Below are positions 58,767 through 64,000 of a DNA stretch of 64,000 nucleotides, piece after piece; positions within the stretch are counted from its first letter, which is position 1, and each line of letters opens with the position of its first letter. Source of the stretch: the human T2T-CHM13v2.0 reference genome, Homo sapiens. Below the pieces are notes generated by a model, which did no database searches, had not been told where the DNA came from, and saw only the letters and a list, made by a program, of their open reading frames with translations. A program made the translations under genes and the position numbers. The stretch lies in the NCBI RefSeq assembly GCF_009914755.1, contig NC_060928.1. The stretch is one strand, 5' to 3'.

Positions 58767-59495
58767 GCAGTGGGTGCTGTAGTGCGCTGCCCCCATTTCC
58801 CTTCTGAAACCAAAGAGCCCATTATTCCTGCTTCCAGGATTATTGCCTGCTGCCTCCTCGCAGCTAACCACCTTTTTGGGAAATAGCTTTCTGACTATTC
58901 AAAGGAACTGCCTCTCCCAATATTAAGCCCCTTTGCTGGAAGCAGCCTATGTCTACTTGAATAGTTGATGCATCTATTTGTCCTTCTGACCTCCTTGCCT
59001 CATTTTGAGACAAGAGTGAAGATCCATGCCAGCTCTAGCACTCCTTGTGGTTTTAACTGAGACCTTTGTTGTTATGTTAAGTGACTCTGACCATGTACTG
59101 GGAGTGAATATGAGGTTGTTGTGTAAACTGTTTCACAAATTGCCACCCAGATCTCCTCTTTCCACACTCCACTGACAATGAAAGAGGTGATCATTTCCCA
59201 GCTTCTAGAAGTGTTGCTTGCTCATAGCAGGAAACCGAGTCCCTCTCCAGGATGGCCTCCAGCTGAACATTATGCCTTCTCTCTGGCATCATCAGTCCAC
59301 CTCCAACTGGATAGGTACAAAGGCCAAATCCTCCCATTCAGAAAATGCTGAAGGGTCATCTTATCTCTAAAGCTTTAATAGGCTCTGAAATTTTATTCTC
59401 CTTGATTTGCTTTCTTCACGACTTCACATAATCCACAACTTTCTAAGACATCTCTCCATCTCAGAGCCTATTTTTTGGAAAAACCAGCTAATAAA
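58767..59495 (+). mobile_element. Two adjacent LTR16-family (ERVL) LTR copies (~58767-59072 and ~59122-59495)
   Basis: tgcagtgggtgctgtagtgcgctgccc...ccttgcctcattttgagaca; second copy gagtccctctccagga...tacaaaggcc...ctccatctcagagcc. Confidence 0.7.
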
Positions 59496-59715
59496 AACCC
59501 ATATTCAGTCAGCCGCTACTCACCTACTAAAGTCTTTCTTGTTCAGTGGCTCTGCATTGATACTGTAGTTGACAATCACACTCTTTAACACGGCTTACAA
59601 GGCTGTAAACTATATGAACTCCAAGTAAATCTCCACAGTGCCCATAGTGCACTCCATTCTCTGGCCATACTAAAATGCCTACATTTCTTTGAGCATAACA
59701 CTAAAAGACCTGATC

Positions 59716-60156
<441 letters not shown>

Positions 60157-60429
60157 TTACTCTTCTGATATTCTCCCTTAGCACTCTCTGCAGTTCAAAT
60201 CATAGACCTCCTCACACTCTATTCAAGTTATGAATTTTTGTTTAATCTCTCTCACTGGGTGCATGGTGTACATCAAATGTCATTCACTGTTGTCAATACT
60301 ACGTTATTAACACACTGCTTTAAATATCAAAGAAGATCAACAAATATTAATTGAATGAATTTTATAGGGATGAATAATTAAGGTATGCATATGTATATTT
60401 ATAACTGGTGGATTTTCTTCCATGTTAAT

Positions 60430-61370
60430 TTATGTCAGAAGCACATACAAAGCAGGTATCATGTCTTGTCATTGTGCTAAGACTTGGGATTACAAAGATA
60501 AATAAATTTTTTTTATGCCTCAAGTAGGTTTTAATTTAAGGTGTAACAGTGTATTAATGCTTTGGATTCTGTTCAATGCATTAAGTAATATAAAGATGCA
60601 GGCATGCACATGGTAAATAGTAGTAATTGAGAGACAAGTGGCATGAAAATTATTTAGAAGAGTAATTCTATGTCAGCATGGACGTTATGGTACTAGGAAG
60701 GAAAAAAGCCTAGTTTAAAGGCTCATTGCTGTAATCCAGACCAGAAAAGACAATAGTTGCAATAAAGCAATAATTATGGAGATGAAGAGAATTGGGTGGA
60801 TAAGACAGAAAAAAAAATATCCACATAGATCAGAGAGGTAATACTTGGAAAGTGAATGGGCACATGTTGTAAAGAAAGATGGGGAGCAAAGTTGAGTTAC
60901 AGTCCTCAGCTTTAGAAAAGTAACTGTAATTTGTGCTATTACTTCCCACAAGGAAGATTTTTTAGAAGAAATAGGTCTTTGAGTGAAGTATGAATTCTGT
61001 TTTAAGTTAATTTTGAGGTGCCTACGTGTTATTCAATTGATGATAAATTATAGCTAGATTTCATATTGCCCTCCATTCATGAAGCACTTATTGATCTGTT
61101 GTATGGTAGTCACTATTCTAGAAAATGGGAAAAAGCGATAAATCTGCACACTTCCTGCTTTCAAAATATATTCAGTGGAGACAGAAACATAAAAACACTA
61201 ACATTACACATTGGGTTAAATGAACTGTTAGAGATATATTTTACAATAAAAGATCTCTGTGCCAAGTCGGCCTGCACATGGGGAAGAAGGAAGTAAAAGT
61301 CCAGGAAGATGGTAAAGAAGAATTAGCATCCAAACAGAAACCTGAGGGATGAATGATAGGCAAAATAATA
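60430..61370 (-). mobile_element. L2 fragments
   Basis: cattgtgctaagacttgggattacaaagataaataa; attgctgtaatccagaccagaaa; cattcatgaagcacttattga. Confidence 0.55.
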
Positions 61371-63245
61371 ATGTCTAAAGCAACTTGAATCGATGTTAAA
61401 GAAACTATTTCTCAATAAATATTATTTGATCATTTCTAAGATTAGGCATTTCCAAGATAGAGAAAAATATATATATATTTATTATTTGAAAATATAACTT
61501 TTGGGGTAAAAATAATATTTTTAATACAGAGTTTACATAAAATACTTTTTGAATTCACTGAATTATTACATCTAAGAAGAGTAAACTATAAATAATTCAA
61601 GAAATAATATGGAGTATTCATATTGTATCTAGATAAGAATAGATTTTTTCATTATATAACTAATTCACCAAACCACAGAAAAAGGACAATGAACATATTT
61701 GACTATTTAAAAAATAAAAATAAACTTCTGCACATAAAATAATAAGTAAATAAAGGTAATAATATTATAGTCTATATTTTAAGCTTCATAATGTGAAAAT
61801 ATTCATGACAAAATATCAAGTGTCCTATCATATTTTACATGTGTGCTCCAAGAAAAGACAATCTAAAAATTAATAAATAAAAGATGAATCATAGGCATAC
61901 AAAATATTCAGCCTCACTAACATTTATTAGAATAAAAATACATTTATGGAGAAACTTATAAAGAGTCTGCTACATTTTAGTTATTTGGGTAAATATTCAA
62001 ATGTCAATAGCAAACAAGATCAACATTCTCTGTTTAGATATTATTCCAATCTATTGGGAAACCAACAAAAAAGTAAATAGACGTAAAGAACCTGTATAGC
62101 ACAGATCCATATATTGATACAATTATACTTAGCCCCACTGTGATATCATTATACTTAGACTCACTGTTTGTTCATGCTAGAAGATATTTTCTACCAACAC
62201 TGTGATATTTCTCTAAAGATATTATGGGGAATAACTAAAGGATCATAGAAATGGCAAATCTTGAAATTTACATTGTATAAGAAAGTGAACCAGAAGGAGA
62301 AGAGAAAGGAAATTGAACCATCAGGAATGGGTTTACTATACTGGTTTGGATGTTTTGGTGACTAGTGCTTAGGTTGAAATTAAGAAATAGAATTGGAGGT
62401 GTGAAAACAGAAGGTTTTATTCAGAGTGTAAAAATATTAGAATTGAAAATATTTCTTATGTAGTAGTTCTCTGCAATGTGATAGTACCTTGTTTGGCCAC
62501 AGGTCTGAAAGAAACACAAAGTCAGATGGAAATGAAGGTGGTGAAAAATAATTTATTTTATTTTAATTAAATGTGAACAAAAACAACAAATATTCCTTGT
62601 TAAATATATCTTATCTTAGCTTAGCTGATTTAAAATCTTTCTTCTCAAGCTGTTTCTAAATTTAACTTTATCCAGAGTTAAATCGGAAGATCCGATTCTT
62701 GTTTTTTTCTCTTCTTTTAGTAAGTTTAATAGATACGTTACTTTGAAAAATAAGTTGTAAAACAAATTACAAACTGTAGATTAGAAAACTAAAAAAAATT
62801 TAAGTGAAAATAGAATCCATTCGCTAGTTGAGCAGTCATGCCTCATTAACTAAATCTAAATTGTATTCTTGCATTTATCGACTATGAAGTGATCTTATCT
62901 CTACAAAAGATAATACTTCTATTTAATTGATTGTAGGAAAAGAAGGAAAAGTGATAGCATTTTAAAAAAGACATTACCTTGTCTAAAACTATTGCTTTGC
63001 TACTTTAATTATAATTAAAGAATGACCTATTTAAGGGTCTTAAAGTCTTTTTTAAAGTAGGAAATATATAATTTTTTAAAATGAAAATTCTTCCTTTACA
63101 GTGGTTTAAAAGTTGTCCTCACAAAATAACTTCATTAAGTATTTTAAAATTTGAATTGCACCAGAAATTATTTTTACGAAAATGTTTGAATAAATAAACA
63201 CATTTTTTTTCAAGGGCATGGTTATCAGATGAAGGAAACTGTAAG

Positions 63246-63583
63246 CAGGGGTACACAACCCCCTGGCCACGGACTGGTACCGGTTGGTGGCCTGTGAGGA
63301 ACCTGGCCACACAGCAGGAGGTGAGCTTCAGGCAAGCTAGCATTACGGCCTGGGCTCTGTCTCCTGTCAGATCAGCTGGGGCATTAGATTTTCCTAGAAG
63401 CGCAAACCCTACTGTGAACTGCACGTGCCAGGGTCCTAGGTTGCACATTCCTTATAAGAATCGAATGCCTGATAATCTGAGGTGAAACAGTTTCATCCCA
63501 AAATGATCACCCCTTCCTCCATCCATAGAAAAATTATCTTCCACAAAACCGGTCCCTGGTGCCAAAAAGGTTGCGGACTGCTG
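63246..63583 (+). mobile_element. MER1B (hAT-Charlie non-autonomous element)
   Basis: caggggtacacaacccc...ggtgccaaaaaggttgcggactgctg; ~338 bp with terminal inverted repeats. Confidence 0.92.
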
Positions 63584-64000
63584 CTGTGAAGGACCTCTAG
63601 TTGTTTTCATATAATTGAAAGTAATATAATTAAAATGCTATTAATTTTTTTAAAATAAATGTTCTTATTGTTTATAACAAAAATATCCTTGAATGGCAGT
63701 ACTTCTAAATTCAGCAAGCATCATATTCAATTTGAAATTTCATTGTGTAATATTTTAAAAATAGAAACATATATGTGAGAAAGGATGGATAGGAAAGCAA
63801 TATAATGCAAGAAGTACCCCTAATCCAACTGTCCAACTTAGAATTGTGCAAAAACCATTTATTTTCAAAAAATGAGTTTAAAAAATATACAAGACATATT
63901 TTTGTGTTATTCCCCAATTTTTATCCTCTTGTTTTCCTTCACCTAATGTACACACACTGTTGGATTTGTTGACACATATTTGTTTTATTTTACATTATTA

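Noticed and set aside
63102-63245. Plus-strand exon-like segment (cctttacag...ACT|gtaagc)
   Set aside because: Isolated, very AT-rich, contains stops and has no partner exons; likely chance.

Overview
AT-rich, repeat-dense primate (hominoid: human or another great ape) genomic DNA, intergenic or deep intronic. I found no recognisable host protein-coding gene, rRNA, tRNA or CRISPR array. Most of the ORF track is explained by retroelements or is noise. Main elements: a two-LTR MSTA (MaLR) provirus with a 5-bp TSD (2216-4615); a full-length but disabled L1PA6-like LINE-1 (~5065-11234); 13 Alu-family elements, including a very young AluYb-lineage copy (22291-22602); five ERV1 solo LTRs; MLT1, MSTB and LTR16 elements; Tigger2, Tigger2a, MER47A and MER1B DNA transposons; old L1M, L2 and MIR fragments. 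Structure not explained by repeats: a ~440-bp inverted duplication with a fold-back palindrome at one junction, a ~300-bp displaced direct duplication, an Alu with serial template-switch scars, an extended ORF0-like antisense ORF in the L1 5'UTR, and a few candidate minus-strand spliced exons. I see no convincing new biological system. Repeat subfamily names come from remembered consensus sequences and need RepeatMasker/Dfam confirmation; boundaries of the old repeats are approximate.
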